Positions 27,446 through 37,047 of a stretch of DNA of 64,000 bases are shown piece by piece (the stretch's first letter is position 1; each line of letters begins with the position of its first letter). Under the pieces are notes generated by a model, which was not told where the DNA came from, made no database searches, and saw nothing but the letters and a program-made list of their open reading frames with translations. The stretch is taken from the NCBI GenBank assembly GCA_040878005.1, contig JBBDMW010000023.1, positions 45,376 to 109,375 on the forward strand. The letters run 5' to 3'. This stretch comes from Dehalococcoidia bacterium. Its GTDB lineage: Bacteria; Chloroflexota; Dehalococcoidia; Lucifugimonadales; Lucifugimonadaceae. The translations under genes were made by a program, and so were the position numbers.

Positions 27446-28705
27446 TTACGAGATACTGTCGAAACCCGTGTAGGGTCGAAGTACGTCGGGGATTACCACG
27501 GAGCCGTCTGGCTGCTGACCGTTCTCCAGCACGGCGATGAACAGCCGTGGGAGGGCAAGCCCTGATCCGTTCAGCGTGTGCGGCAGCCGGGTGGAACCGC
27601 CCGGTTCGGGACGGTAGCGGGTATTGTTGCGGCGCGCCTGGAAGTCCACGCACGTGGATATTGAGCTGACTTCCAGCCACTCCTGTGATCCTGCTGCCCA
27701 GACCTCGATGTCATAGGTGCGGGCTGACTGGAAGCCGATGTCACCCGCGCACAACGACAGCACCCGGTAGGCCAGCCCGAGGCGCTCGCACAGTTTCGTG
27801 GCCTCGTCCACCATCTCCTCCAGCGCCGCAGGCGAATCACCGGGTTCCACGTATCTGAACATCTCCACCTTCTCGAACTGGTGGACACGCTTCATGCCGC
27901 GTACATCCCTGCCTGCCGCAGTGTGCTCCTTACGAAAGCAGGGGGTCTGGGCCACGTACTTCAACGGCAGCATACCGTGTTCGATGATTTGGCCCTGGTG
28001 AATGCCGTTAAGCGCCACCTCGGACGTGGGAATCAGCCACAGGTCCTGCTCGTCATCGTGGTACAGGTTGTCACGGAACTTGGGCAAGTTGCCTGAGCCG
28101 GTCATGGTCTCCTGGCGCACAAGATAGGGAGGGTCGATTTCTATGTACCCGTGCTCTGACGTATGCACGTCCAGCATCCAGGCTGCCAGTGCCCGCTGCA
28201 ACCGTGCGCCCTTGCCCTTGAGCAGGTAGAACCGAGCGCCTGATATGCGGGCGCCAGCCTCCATGTCCATGATGTCCAGCCTGGGACCGATGTCCCAGTG
28301 AGCCTGCGCCCCTTCTACCTGTCGAGGCTCTCCGACGGTGCGGACGATCACATTGGCGGTTTCATCCAGCCCGTCCGGGGTCTCTGGCAGCGGCAGGTTT
28401 GGGAGTGTCAGGAGCAGGGCATCGAGCCTGGCCTGTACCTCTGCCAGTTCCGTTTCTGACGCCTTTATGCGCTCGCCGGTTTCACGCATGGCAGCCTGTT
28501 CATCGGGAGTTGGCTTGCGCTTCTCCCTGCCAATCGTCCGGCTGACCTCATTACGGTGCCGCCGCAGGTTTTCGCCCTCCAGGATGAGGTCCCTCCTCCT
28601 GGAATCCAGAGCGAGTATCTCGTCCAGCGGCGGGTCTTCTCCGCGGCGCTTGAGTGCAGCGCGTACGGAATCGGTTTCGTTGACTATCTTGTCCAGGCTG
28701 AGCAT
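27446..28705 (-). CDS. serS: Seryl-tRNA synthetase
   Basis: N-terminal coiled-coil arm 'MLSLDKIVNETDSVRAALKRRGE' and class II motifs 'CFRKEHTAAGRDVRGMKRVHQFEKVE' and 'GSGLALPRLFIAVLEN'. Start is 28 nt after the lysS stop. Confidence 0.95.
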   Translation of the reverse strand: MLSLDKIVNETDSVRAALKRRGEDPPLDEILALDSRRRDLILEGENLRRHRNEVSRTIGREKRKPTPDEQAAMRETGERIKASETELAEVQARLDALLLTLPNLPLPETPDGLDETANVIVRTVGEPRQVEGAQAHWDIGPRLDIMDMEAGARISGARFYLLKGKGARLQRALAAWMLDVHTSEHGYIEIDPPYLVRQETMTGSGNLPKFRDNLYHDDEQDLWLIPTSEVALNGIHQGQIIEHGMLPLKYVAQTPCFRKEHTAAGRDVRGMKRVHQFEKVEMFRYVEPGDSPAALEEMVDEATKLCERLGLAYRVLSLCAGDIGFQSARTYDIEVWAAGSQEWLEVSSISTCVDFQARRNNTRYRPEPGGSTRLPHTLNGSGLALPRLFIAVLENGQQPDGSVVIPDVLRPYTGFDSIS

Positions 28706-28733
28706 GTTTTCTACCGGTGAACCAGTCTTGTGA

Positions 28734-30257
28734 TCAGGAGCGCATCTGCGGGAACAGCAGCACTTCGCGAATCGTGTCTTCACGTGCCAGCAGCATGGCG
28801 AGCCTGTCTATTCCCATTCCCAGGCCGCCTGTGGGGGGCATGCCGTGTTCGATGGCCACGAGGAAGTCTTCGTCAAGGCGGTCCGCCTCCGTGTCATTGA
28901 ACTCCATTCGCTGGCGTTCCTGGTCCTCGAAACGTGCACGCTGCTCCACCGGGTCGTTCAACTCGGTGAATGCGTTGCACAACTCGCTGCCCATAACGAA
29001 CCCTTCGAAGCGCTCCACAATGCCATCCGTCCCCGGCCTGCGCTTGGCCAGCGGCGACATCTCCACCGGGTAGTCCACCAGGAAGGTGGGCTGGACCAGG
29101 TGAGGCTCCACCTCTGATGAGATCACCTTGTCCAGCAATCGTCCCCATGCGGACCCTGCCTCGACGTGGATGCCGCGCTCGCGCATGGCGCCTGACAGAG
29201 ATTCCACGTCCCGGCACTGCACGAAGTCGATGCCAGCGCGGTTGATGATCTCCTGCCGCAGGTCCAGCCGCGGCCATGGCGGCGTCAGGTCAATCTCAGG
29301 TCCATCTTCCTGCGGCGACTTGAGGACAGGTGAGCCGGTCACGTCCATGGCGATGGTGTACACCATCTGCTCAACCATCTCCATGACGTCGTTGTAGTCA
29401 GCGAACGCTTCATAGCTCTCTAGAGTGGTGAACTCCGGGTTGTGATCGTGGTCCACCCCTTCATTCCGGAACAGCCGGCCAATCTCAAATACCCTGTCGA
29501 TGCCGCCCACGATCAGCCTCTTCAGGTACAACTCGGTGGCAATGCGTAGGTACAGGTCCCTGTCCAGCGCGTTGTGGTGCGTCGTGAAGGGCCTGGCCAT
29601 TGCGCCGGCGGCGACTGGCACCAGCACCGGCGTCTCAACCTCCATGAAGCCGCGCTTGTGGAGGAAGCTGCGCATGCTGGCGACCACGCCTGAACGCAGC
29701 CGTGCGTTTTGCCGTGCCCGCTCATTGGCAATCAGGTCCAGGTAGCGCTGCCTGTAGCGCGCCTCGGTGTCCTGCAGCCCCGCCCACTTGTCAGGCAGCG
29801 GCCTGATGGCCTTGGTCAGCAGCGTGATCTCGCGGCCTTCGACGCTCACCTCGCCCCGGCGCGTGCGGAACACCGGGCCTTCCACGCCAATGATGTCGCC
29901 CAGGTCTAGGAACTCCATGAGTTCATAGTTTTCGCCCATCACGTCGGCACGAAGGTGCGCCTGTATGCGGCCCTCTCCGTCCAGGATGTCAACGAACGAT
30001 GCCTTGCCCATCCCGCGCCGGGCCATCATCCGGCCGGCCACGCGCACAGGGTCGGTCTGAAGACCAGAGGTGTCCTCGCCAACGCTTGCCTCCAGGTCCT
30101 CGAAGAGTCTCTTCGCTTCAAGGCTGGAGTGCGTCCTGTTGAACCGGGCAGGATATGGGTCAATACCGCGCTCGCGGAGCGCCGCCAGCTTCTCAAGCCG
30201 TGCCCGAACGAGCCGATGCTCATCCAAGGGTGTCAGGTTTTCGTCCTGGACCGTCAT
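28734..30257 (-). CDS. lysS: Lysyl-tRNA synthetase, class II
   Basis: OB-fold N-terminus 'VRVAGRMMARRGMGKASFVDILDGEGRIQ', 'FRNEGVDHDHNPEFTTLESYEAFADY' and 'GMPPTGGLGMGIDRLAMLL'. Confidence 0.95.
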   Translation of the reverse strand: MTVQDENLTPLDEHRLVRARLEKLAALRERGIDPYPARFNRTHSSLEAKRLFEDLEASVGEDTSGLQTDPVRVAGRMMARRGMGKASFVDILDGEGRIQAHLRADVMGENYELMEFLDLGDIIGVEGPVFRTRRGEVSVEGREITLLTKAIRPLPDKWAGLQDTEARYRQRYLDLIANERARQNARLRSGVVASMRSFLHKRGFMEVETPVLVPVAAGAMARPFTTHHNALDRDLYLRIATELYLKRLIVGGIDRVFEIGRLFRNEGVDHDHNPEFTTLESYEAFADYNDVMEMVEQMVYTIAMDVTGSPVLKSPQEDGPEIDLTPPWPRLDLRQEIINRAGIDFVQCRDVESLSGAMRERGIHVEAGSAWGRLLDKVISSEVEPHLVQPTFLVDYPVEMSPLAKRRPGTDGIVERFEGFVMGSELCNAFTELNDPVEQRARFEDQERQRMEFNDTEADRLDEDFLVAIEHGMPPTGGLGMGIDRLAMLLAREDTIREVLLFPQMRS

Positions 30258-30711
30258 GTACTAATACTCACTTTGAGATGCCGTGGGTGTTGTTGGCTTT
30301 TGCCGGGGACGCCTCACGGTATCGGGCGATAGGCTATTCGATCTGAATTTTCACGTCATGCGCCGAGATCCGGGCACACTTTCATGCTGGCGACATCGCG
30401 CCACCTCGGATCGCATGGAGCAAAGCCTAATTCTATGCTGCCGAGGGCGCCGGGCGTCCACAGGTCTTTGCTGGCGGGGTCGTTTTTACTTCGGTTCCGT
30501 GTAAAAAATCCTGAAACCCGCGAATGACGCTCATTGTTTGTTAACAACCCAGCCGGGAATAATCAGGAACATCCGCAAATGCAGGCTGCTGCGGACCGGC
30601 GTATCAAGCCCTAACAGGCGCTCGGGAACATGGATTCAGGTATGGCCGCCTCACAGGAGGCTGGTTAACCTGAGGTACGGCACTCGTTACACGTGCCGTG
30701 GGAGTGTTTTC

Positions 30712-31308
30712 TTGAGCGCCAGTGATGGTTTGAACCGGCGGCGAAGGGCCCGGTCCGGCAAGTCCGGACATGGCAGGAGAGATCTTCGGCCCACCACGTC
30801 CAAGGTGAGATCGGCGTTGTTCTCAATGCTGGGACCCGCCGGTGTGACTGGGTTGAGGGTGCTGGACCTGTACGCAGGGACCGGTGCGCTGGGGCTGGAG
30901 TCGCTTCGGCGTGGGGCCGCGCAGGCGGAGTTTGTAGAAAAGGACTCCAGGCGGTGCGAAGGCATCCGGGAGTCTTTGAGGCGAATGCGGGCTGAAGACC
31001 GCAGCAAAGTTCATGCAGGTGACGCTATAGCGTTGACGGACAGGCTGGAAGGCGAATTCGACGTCGTGTTTATTGACCCGCCGTATGCCATGAATCCGTT
31101 CGAGCGGCTGCTCGGGCGCATGGAAGGCCGCGGGTTGATCGCGCGTGATGCCGTTGCGTTCATAGAGCACTCCAGCCAGACACGTCTTCCGGACATGCTG
31201 CCTGGTGTTCAGATTGTCAGCCGCAAGGTGTACGGAGATACGGCCGTGTCTGTTTACCGTCGATCGGACGATTTGGCTCCGGCGGTTGGTGAAGAGGCGG
31301 GGGCCTGA
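30712..31308 (+). CDS. rsmD: 16S rRNA (guanine966-N2)-methyltransferase RsmD
   Basis: 'LRPTTSKVRSALFSML', 'LDLYAGTGALGLESLRRGA' and 'VFIDPPY'. A TTG at 30712 has GGGAG 7 nt upstream; TTG 30730 is also possible. The ORF-track start at 30538 looks too long. Confidence 0.8.
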   Translation: MSASDGLNRRRRARSGKSGHGRRDLRPTTSKVRSALFSMLGPAGVTGLRVLDLYAGTGALGLESLRRGAAQAEFVEKDSRRCEGIRESLRRMRAEDRSKVHAGDAIALTDRLEGEFDVVFIDPPYAMNPFERLLGRMEGRGLIARDAVAFIEHSSQTRLPDMLPGVQIVSRKVYGDTAVSVYRRSDDLAPAVGEEAGA

Positions 31309-31310
31309 GC

Positions 31311-31808
31311 TTGGTCAAAGCGATCTATCCCGGCGCATTTGACCCGGTGACGAATGGCCACGTGGACATGGTTGAGCGTGCCAGCCGCCTCTTTGAGGAG
31401 CTTGTGGTGGGCGTTTACAGCGATCCGCCCAAGCGGCTCATGTTTGATGTGAACGAACGGGTAGAAATGTTCAAGAAGTCCATTGCCCATGTGCCCGGGG
31501 TGGATGTCCGTCCATACAGCGGCCTTACGGTGAACCTGGCGCATGACATGGGCGCCGCCGTGATCGTGCGCGGGCTGCGCATAGGCAGTGACTTTGAATA
31601 TGAGCGCGAGATGGCGCTGATGAACCGCGACATCGGTTCAGATGTGGATACGGTCTGCCTGCTCAGCTCATCTGAATACCAGTTCGTGAGTTCGTCCAGG
31701 GTGAAAGAGATTGCAGCACTGGGCGCTGACGTGGGCAGGCTGGTGCCCGCCCACGTGGCAGAAAAGTTGTACGGGAAGCTGAGAGACGCCGGCGGCCATC
31801 GGGCCTGA
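31311..31808 (+). CDS. coaD: Phosphopantetheine adenylyltransferase
   Basis: 'KAIYPGAFDPVTNGHVDMVERA' (the HxGH-type motif) and 'SSSRVKEIA'. TTG start 2 nt after the rsmD stop. Confidence 0.95.
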   Translation: MVKAIYPGAFDPVTNGHVDMVERASRLFEELVVGVYSDPPKRLMFDVNERVEMFKKSIAHVPGVDVRPYSGLTVNLAHDMGAAVIVRGLRIGSDFEYEREMALMNRDIGSDVDTVCLLSSSEYQFVSSSRVKEIAALGADVGRLVPAHVAEKLYGKLRDAGGHRA

Positions 31809-31851
31809 AGCGGCGCGTTGCTGAGAGTGAGAGGCCTTAGGGAGGCTAGCG

Positions 31852-32442
31852 ATGTCCATGATCGACCACGTCGAAAAGATTGAATCGATGGTCACGAGCG
31901 GCCGAGTGCCAGGGACCGCACGGTCGCTCGTCAACCTGGAGAGGATCACCGAGGTCCTGACCGAGATGCGCGCTGATGTGCCAGAGCAGATCAATGAGGC
32001 GCAGGCGGTACTCCGTCAGAAGGAGGCGGTACTGAAGCAGGCCGAGATGGAGGCCCGCCGAATTCGTGGCTACGCTGATGAAGAAGCCACCACGATCCGC
32101 CAGCTTGCCGAGGAGCAGAGCAGCTCAATGCTCGAGACCTCACGTGAGGAAGCCCGCAAGATGGTTGAGGCCTCAGAGGTGACGAAGGCTTCCCATGAGC
32201 GCGCCAACGAGATCATCCAAGAGGCGGAGGCCAAGGCTGCGCAGATGATCGCCGACGCCAAGCAGAGCGTCAACGGGATTATCGCCGATGCCGAGCAGCA
32301 GGCGGAGGAGCGCCGCAAGGGCGCAGACAACTACGCCCGTGAAGTGCTGTTCAGCCTTGAAGAGAGAATTGCCGACACGCTGGGGCAGGTCCGGGGCGGT
32401 ATTGACCTGCTGGACAGCCGCAGCCTGGCCGTGGCCGACTAG
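31852..32442 (+). CDS. Hypothetical coiled-coil protein
   Basis: 196 aa, strongly Ala/Glu/Lys/Arg/Gln-rich heptad-like sequence ('EAQAVLRQKEAVLKQAEMEARRIRGYADEEA...'). No enzymatic motif. Confidence 0.5.
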   Translation: MSMIDHVEKIESMVTSGRVPGTARSLVNLERITEVLTEMRADVPEQINEAQAVLRQKEAVLKQAEMEARRIRGYADEEATTIRQLAEEQSSSMLETSREEARKMVEASEVTKASHERANEIIQEAEAKAAQMIADAKQSVNGIIADAEQQAEERRKGADNYAREVLFSLEERIADTLGQVRGGIDLLDSRSLAVAD

Positions 32443-32511
32443 CCTTCCGCCCACAGCTTCCTGACGGCGGCGCCCTTCGCCGCGGCAACTAAATAGCCCG
32501 ATCAGGCGCTC

Positions 32512-32551
32512 GAAGGGTTCTCAGCCGGATTACCACGGCTGAGAACCCTTC
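32512..32551. terminator. Bidirectional hairpin between convergent genes (coiled-coil gene and polA)
   Basis: Perfect 15-bp stem: gaagggttctcagcc (32512-32526) pairs with ggctgagaacccttc (32537-32551). Confidence 0.65.
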
Positions 32552-32557
32552 ACGCCG

Positions 32558-35386
32558 TTACTCCAGGTGGCCCCAGGTCTTGCCCTGCTTTAGTTCCACG
32601 TCAAGTGGGACTGACAGGTTCATGGCGGCTGGCATGAGCTCAGTCACCATGCCTGTCATCTCCTCCAGTTCGCCGGGAGCGACCTCGAAGATCAGTTCGT
32701 CGTGGACCTGGATGGCCATGCGTGAGCGCACCTTCTGACGGCGCATCTCGTTGTCGATGTCTACCATAGCGATCTTTATCACATCAGCGGCAGTGCCCTG
32801 GACCGGCATGTTGATCGCCATTCGCTCCGCTGCCGCCCGGTGCATGTGGTTGTTTGACCTGAGCTCCGGCAGGCGCCGTCGCCGCCCTGTCACCGTCTCC
32901 ACGTAACCACGGTCCCGCGCCTCCGACTTCACTGCCTCAATGTAGTCGCGTATTCCGGGATACTTGCCGAAGTACAGGTCAATGAACTCCTGCCCCTGCT
33001 TGCGGGTCAGGTCCGTCTGCATGGTTACGCCGTGGGCGCTCAGGCCGTATATCACGCCGAAGTTCAGCACCTTGGCAATACGCCGCTGCTCAGCCGTGAC
33101 CACTTCCTGTCCGTACATGGTCCGTGCCGTGGCCGCGTGGATGTCTTCGCCATTCTTAAACGCCGCCAGCAGGCCCGGTTCCTGCGAAAGGTGCGCCAGG
33201 ATACGAAGCTCAATCTGCGAGTAGTCAGCGGCCAGAAGGGTCCATCCGGCACCGGAATCAGCTATGAACGCGGTGCGTACACGGCGGCCCAGTTCTGTGC
33301 GAACGGGGATGTTCTGTACGTTGGGGTCAGTGCTGGAGAGCCGACCCGTGGCTGAACCGACCTGGTTGAAGCTGGTGTGCACCCGGCCGGTCTTCGGGTT
33401 CACAAGCTGTGGCAGTGCGTCCACGTATGTGGACTTCAGCTTGGATAGCTCCCGGTACCGCAACACCGCCTTTATAAGCTCGTACGCCCTCACGTCCAGG
33501 TCTTCGCGTGCAAGCATGCCTTCAAGGGCATTGGCATCCATGGAGTAGCCGGTCTTGGTTCGGCGGGTTTTGGGAGCGCCCAGTTCCTCTATGAGGATTG
33601 CGGCAATCTGCTGGTTGGAGGCGAGGTTGAACTCACGGCCGCCCATGATTTCACGGGCTGTTTTTTCCACCGCTGCCAGCTCGCCGGCCAGCTCCTCTGA
33701 CATCTCAGACAGTACGCTGCGGTCTATCAGGATTCCGTTGCGCTGCATCCGGACTATGACCGGCAGCAGCGGCATCTCTATATCGCCCAGGACCTTGCGT
33801 TGACCTTCCCGCTCCAGTTCAGGGTCCAGGTAATCTTTGAGTTGCCACGCCACATCTGCGTCTGCCGATGCGTACGGGGCGGCCTGTTCTACGGGTACCT
33901 GGGCCATTGAAATCTGCTTACGACCGGTGCCTATCAGGTCCGTGATAGGCGTCATCTCCAGCCGGAAAGCATCCAGCGCCAGCTGCTTCAGGCCTATGGC
34001 CCGCCGACCGCACAGGGCGGCTGCGATCATCGAGTCGAAAGCCACGTTCTTTGGCTCGATGCCGGCCTCCGCCAGCACCATGAGGTCAAAGTTGGCGTTA
34101 TGCGCTGACTTGGGGACGTTTTCATCTTCAAACAGAGGGCGCAGCACTGCGAGCACTTCTTCCAGGGGAAGCTGCTCACCTTCTTCATGCCCCACCGGCA
34201 CATACCACGCCTTGCCCGGCTCGTTCGAAAACGACAGGCCCACCAGGTCTGACCGCATGGGGTTCATGCCGGATGTCTCGGTATCGAAGGCGAACCCTGT
34301 GGGTGTGGATATCGCCTTGACCATCGACTTCAGCTCGTCCATTGTCGTGACAGTACGGTAGTCGACGTTGTCCGGCTGCTCGTTTACAGGTGAGGCCGCC
34401 GACTGATCCTGCGCGGCGGGGTCTTCTGCGCCAAACGTCAGTTGAGAGTCCAGCGCAGGTTTTTCGCTGCCGTTGCCCGGCTCCGGCACCTGGGCGACTA
34501 TTGAGCGGAACTCCAGCCCCAACAGCGTCTCCACGACTTCACTGCGGTCGTACTGCCAGAACTTTGCCTTATCAAGATCAAACTCTATTGGCACGTCACA
34601 GACGATTGTGGTGAGCTTGCGTCCTGCGAACGCCACATCCCTGTGCTCTTCCAGGAGGGTCCGCACGCGCTTCGCACCGCGCAGGCCGTCTATCTGGTCG
34701 ACCTTGTCGATGTTTTCGTAGACCTCCTCCAGGTGGCCAAAGGCTGCCAGCACAGCGGCGGCGGCCTTCTTGCCCACGCCGGGCACGCCGGGAATATTGT
34801 CTGACGGGTCTCCCTCCAACGCCTTTATGTCCGGCACAAACTCTGGACCGAGGCCGTTGTACCTCTCCTTGACCGCCTCAACGTCATACACCCGCGTATC
34901 CGCAAAGCCGGAGTACATGAGCAGCTTTACATCCGGTGACACAAGCTGAAGCTGGTCGGCATCGCCAGTGAGAATCAGCGTCTCTATGCCCTTTGCAGTG
35001 GCGGTCCTGCTGATTGTGCCAACAAGGTCATCCGCCTCGAAGCCGTCTTTCTCAAAGATGGGCACGCGAAACGCCTGCATGATCTGCTTGACCATGGGCA
35101 CCTGTGCGTGCAGGTCGTCCGGCGTGGGCGGACGCTGCGCCTTGTATTCCGGGAACAGATCGTCACGGAACGTTGGTGCGCGGGTGTCGAACGCCACCGC
35201 CACATGAGTGGGCTTGCGCTCCCTCACGACCTTCAGGAATGTAGTGAGGAAGCCATACGCGCCGCGGGTGTCATCACCTGTGGCGGTGCTGAGCCGCTCG
35301 GGTATGGAGAACCACGCGCGGAACACCATGGCGTGGCCGTCCATAACAAGCAGCAGTGGTTTGTCGGCAGTATTGGCAGGGGACAT
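32558..35386 (-). CDS. polA: DNA polymerase I
   Basis: 5'-nuclease N-terminus 'LLVMDGHAMVFRAWF', a 3'-5' exonuclease-like 'FAFDTETSG', and polymerase motifs 'DYSQIELRILAH', 'RRIAKVLNFGVIYG' and 'QVHDELIFEV'. Confidence 0.95.
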   Translation of the reverse strand: MSPANTADKPLLLVMDGHAMVFRAWFSIPERLSTATGDDTRGAYGFLTTFLKVVRERKPTHVAVAFDTRAPTFRDDLFPEYKAQRPPTPDDLHAQVPMVKQIMQAFRVPIFEKDGFEADDLVGTISRTATAKGIETLILTGDADQLQLVSPDVKLLMYSGFADTRVYDVEAVKERYNGLGPEFVPDIKALEGDPSDNIPGVPGVGKKAAAAVLAAFGHLEEVYENIDKVDQIDGLRGAKRVRTLLEEHRDVAFAGRKLTTIVCDVPIEFDLDKAKFWQYDRSEVVETLLGLEFRSIVAQVPEPGNGSEKPALDSQLTFGAEDPAAQDQSAASPVNEQPDNVDYRTVTTMDELKSMVKAISTPTGFAFDTETSGMNPMRSDLVGLSFSNEPGKAWYVPVGHEEGEQLPLEEVLAVLRPLFEDENVPKSAHNANFDLMVLAEAGIEPKNVAFDSMIAAALCGRRAIGLKQLALDAFRLEMTPITDLIGTGRKQISMAQVPVEQAAPYASADADVAWQLKDYLDPELEREGQRKVLGDIEMPLLPVIVRMQRNGILIDRSVLSEMSEELAGELAAVEKTAREIMGGREFNLASNQQIAAILIEELGAPKTRRTKTGYSMDANALEGMLAREDLDVRAYELIKAVLRYRELSKLKSTYVDALPQLVNPKTGRVHTSFNQVGSATGRLSSTDPNVQNIPVRTELGRRVRTAFIADSGAGWTLLAADYSQIELRILAHLSQEPGLLAAFKNGEDIHAATARTMYGQEVVTAEQRRIAKVLNFGVIYGLSAHGVTMQTDLTRKQGQEFIDLYFGKYPGIRDYIEAVKSEARDRGYVETVTGRRRRLPELRSNNHMHRAAAERMAINMPVQGTAADVIKIAMVDIDNEMRRQKVRSRMAIQVHDELIFEVAPGELEEMTGMVTELMPAAMNLSVPLDVELKQGKTWGHLE

Positions 35387-35731
35387 GGCGAAGCTCAGCG
35401 GATGTTGACGAATTATCGATTGGCTCGCAGCGGAGCCCGTTCAGGAGTAGTTTCCTTCATTTTGGCCCGAACACAAAATCCCGGTGTGCAGGACCTTGGT
35501 TCGGGCAGCCAACCTCGTGGTTTGGAGGGCATGGATCAACTCAGGTTACTCCCGGGACCGGGAGCTCGATCCGGCAAGCACCTTGCCCGGATCGTGTACT
35601 GCCGCCGGTGACACTACAAGTATGGGAGCGGCTGACTGACCAGCGGCCTTGCGGGGCGCATGAATCTTAGCAAAGGCCATTGCACCGTTGGCAGGCGGCG
35701 AAATTACGTATGGATTCAAGGCCAAGCAGTA

Positions 35732-35760
35732 TTGACGCAACTCATACGCCAAGGTATACC
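35732..35760 (+). promoter_or_regulatory. Candidate sigma-70-type promoter for padR-arsM
   Basis: TTGACG (35732-35737), a 17-nt spacer, then TATACC (35755-35760), about 30 nt upstream of the padR ATG. Confidence 0.4.
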
Positions 35761-35779
35761 TAGATAAACGATATATAGG
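35759..35779 (+). promoter_or_regulatory. Imperfect palindrome overlapping the -10 element (candidate PadR operator)
   Basis: CCTAGATA-aacga-TATATAGG. Seven of 8 positions are complementary. Confidence 0.3.
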
Positions 35780-35789
35780 ACAACGATGT

Positions 35790-36206
35790 ATGTCAGCAAC
35801 ACAAACTGCACAACATGACCTCACCCAGGTTGCTTACTGGCAGGGACTTAACAGGAAAAGCCTGCTGCGCTTTTTCCTGCTCGCCGAGTTGAACAGGAGG
35901 CCAATGCATGGCTACGAAATAGCGACGTCCGTGGCGTCGTGCTGCGATGGCGTACGGCCGACCGACGCCATGATTTACCCAACGCTCCGTGAGTTGGAGG
36001 AGGGCGGATACATCACCTGTGAGGAGGCCGAGGCGGGCGGGCGACGTCGCAAGGTGTGCTCCCTGACACAACGCGGCCGGGAGGCGTACGCGGCTGCGGC
36101 GCGTGCATGGTCTTACGCTATGCCGCAGATTGAACGAGCAATTGGTAACGCTGATCTAGACCCGGCGTGCTGCGCCGTGGTTGAAATTGGAGAAATAAAG
36201 CGATGA
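35790..36206 (+). CDS. PadR-family transcriptional regulator with two vicinal Cys pairs
   Basis: 'LAELNRRPMHGYEI', 'MIYPTLRELEEGGYI' and 'GGRRRKVCSLTQRGREA' are a typical PadR winged helix. Cys51-Cys52 and Cys127-Cys128 are present. Confidence 0.85.
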   Translation: MSATQTAQHDLTQVAYWQGLNRKSLLRFFLLAELNRRPMHGYEIATSVASCCDGVRPTDAMIYPTLRELEEGGYITCEEAEAGGRRRKVCSLTQRGREAYAAAARAWSYAMPQIERAIGNADLDPACCAVVEIGEIKR

Positions 36207-37036
36207 AGAAGCTGTTCAGCTTCGGTTCAAGGGCCGAAGACACCAAGGATTCGGCTAAACAGCCGAATCCAGGCGGCACGCTGCCCACCGGTGCCGACCT
36301 CATGGAGGCCATACAAGTCCATTACACCGGCGTGGCAGAGCGTGGTTCGTCCTGTTGCGGCGACGGCTCGTCTGCGTGCGGTGGTTCCTCGCCCCTCTAC
36401 TCGGCGGAGGAGCTTGAAAAGGTTACCCCTGAGGCGGCCGGCGCGTCAGCAGGTTGCGGTAATCCGATTGGCCTCGCTGAAGCCAAGCCGGGTGAGGCGG
36501 TCCTGGACCTGGGCAGCGGCGGCGGGATTGACTGTTTCCTGGCATCGAAGGCCGTTGGTACCGAGGGAAACGTCATCGGCGTCGACATGACCCACGCCAT
36601 GGTGGCGTTGGCCCGCCAGAACGCAGCCAAGCTGGGCGTTGAAAACGTCACCTTCAAACTGGGGACCATAGAAACCATTCCGGAACCTGACAACACAGTG
36701 GACCTTGTCATCTCCAACTGCGTCATTGCCCTGGCCCCGGACAAGGACCTTGTGTTCAGCGAAATCTTCCGGGTACTGAAGCCGGGCGGCAGGCTGGTCG
36801 TATCGGACATGGTAGTGGACCAGGAGCTTCCAGAGGAAGTGCGGCAGAGCGCGGCTGACTGGGTGTCCTGCGTGGCGGGGGCAGACCTCAAGGCCCGTTA
36901 CGTGGAGCGCATCGGAAATGCAGGCTTTGAAAGCGTGGAGTTGCTTGCAGACACTGCCGCATCAGGCTCAAGCTGCGGGTCTTCCGACAACGAGGTGCGC
37001 AGCGTGACCGTCAGGGCGGTAAAGCCGGGAGCGTGA
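36203..37036 (+). CDS. arsM: Arsenite S-adenosylmethionine methyltransferase (ArsM-like)
   Basis: 'VHYTGVAERGSSCCG', 'GCGNP', the SAM motif 'VLDLGSGGGIDCF', and 'DLVISNCVIALAPDKD' and 'WVSCVAGA' (Cys positions that match As(III)-binding cysteines of ArsM). ATGA overlap with padR. Confidence 0.85.
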   Translation: MKKLFSFGSRAEDTKDSAKQPNPGGTLPTGADLMEAIQVHYTGVAERGSSCCGDGSSACGGSSPLYSAEELEKVTPEAAGASAGCGNPIGLAEAKPGEAVLDLGSGGGIDCFLASKAVGTEGNVIGVDMTHAMVALARQNAAKLGVENVTFKLGTIETIPEPDNTVDLVISNCVIALAPDKDLVFSEIFRVLKPGGRLVVSDMVVDQELPEEVRQSAADWVSCVAGADLKARYVERIGNAGFESVELLADTAASGSSCGSSDNEVRSVTVRAVKPGA

Positions 37037-37047
37037 CGGCTGCACTA

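Noticed and set aside
30258-30540. Possible T-box or lysine (L-box) riboswitch upstream of lysS.
   Set aside because: The 'GAGGUGGCGCG' string lacks the UGGNACCGCG core spacing of a T-box. I could not find a specifier loop or stem I. The L-box-like fragments occur in the wrong order. It is kept only as an unclassified structured leader.
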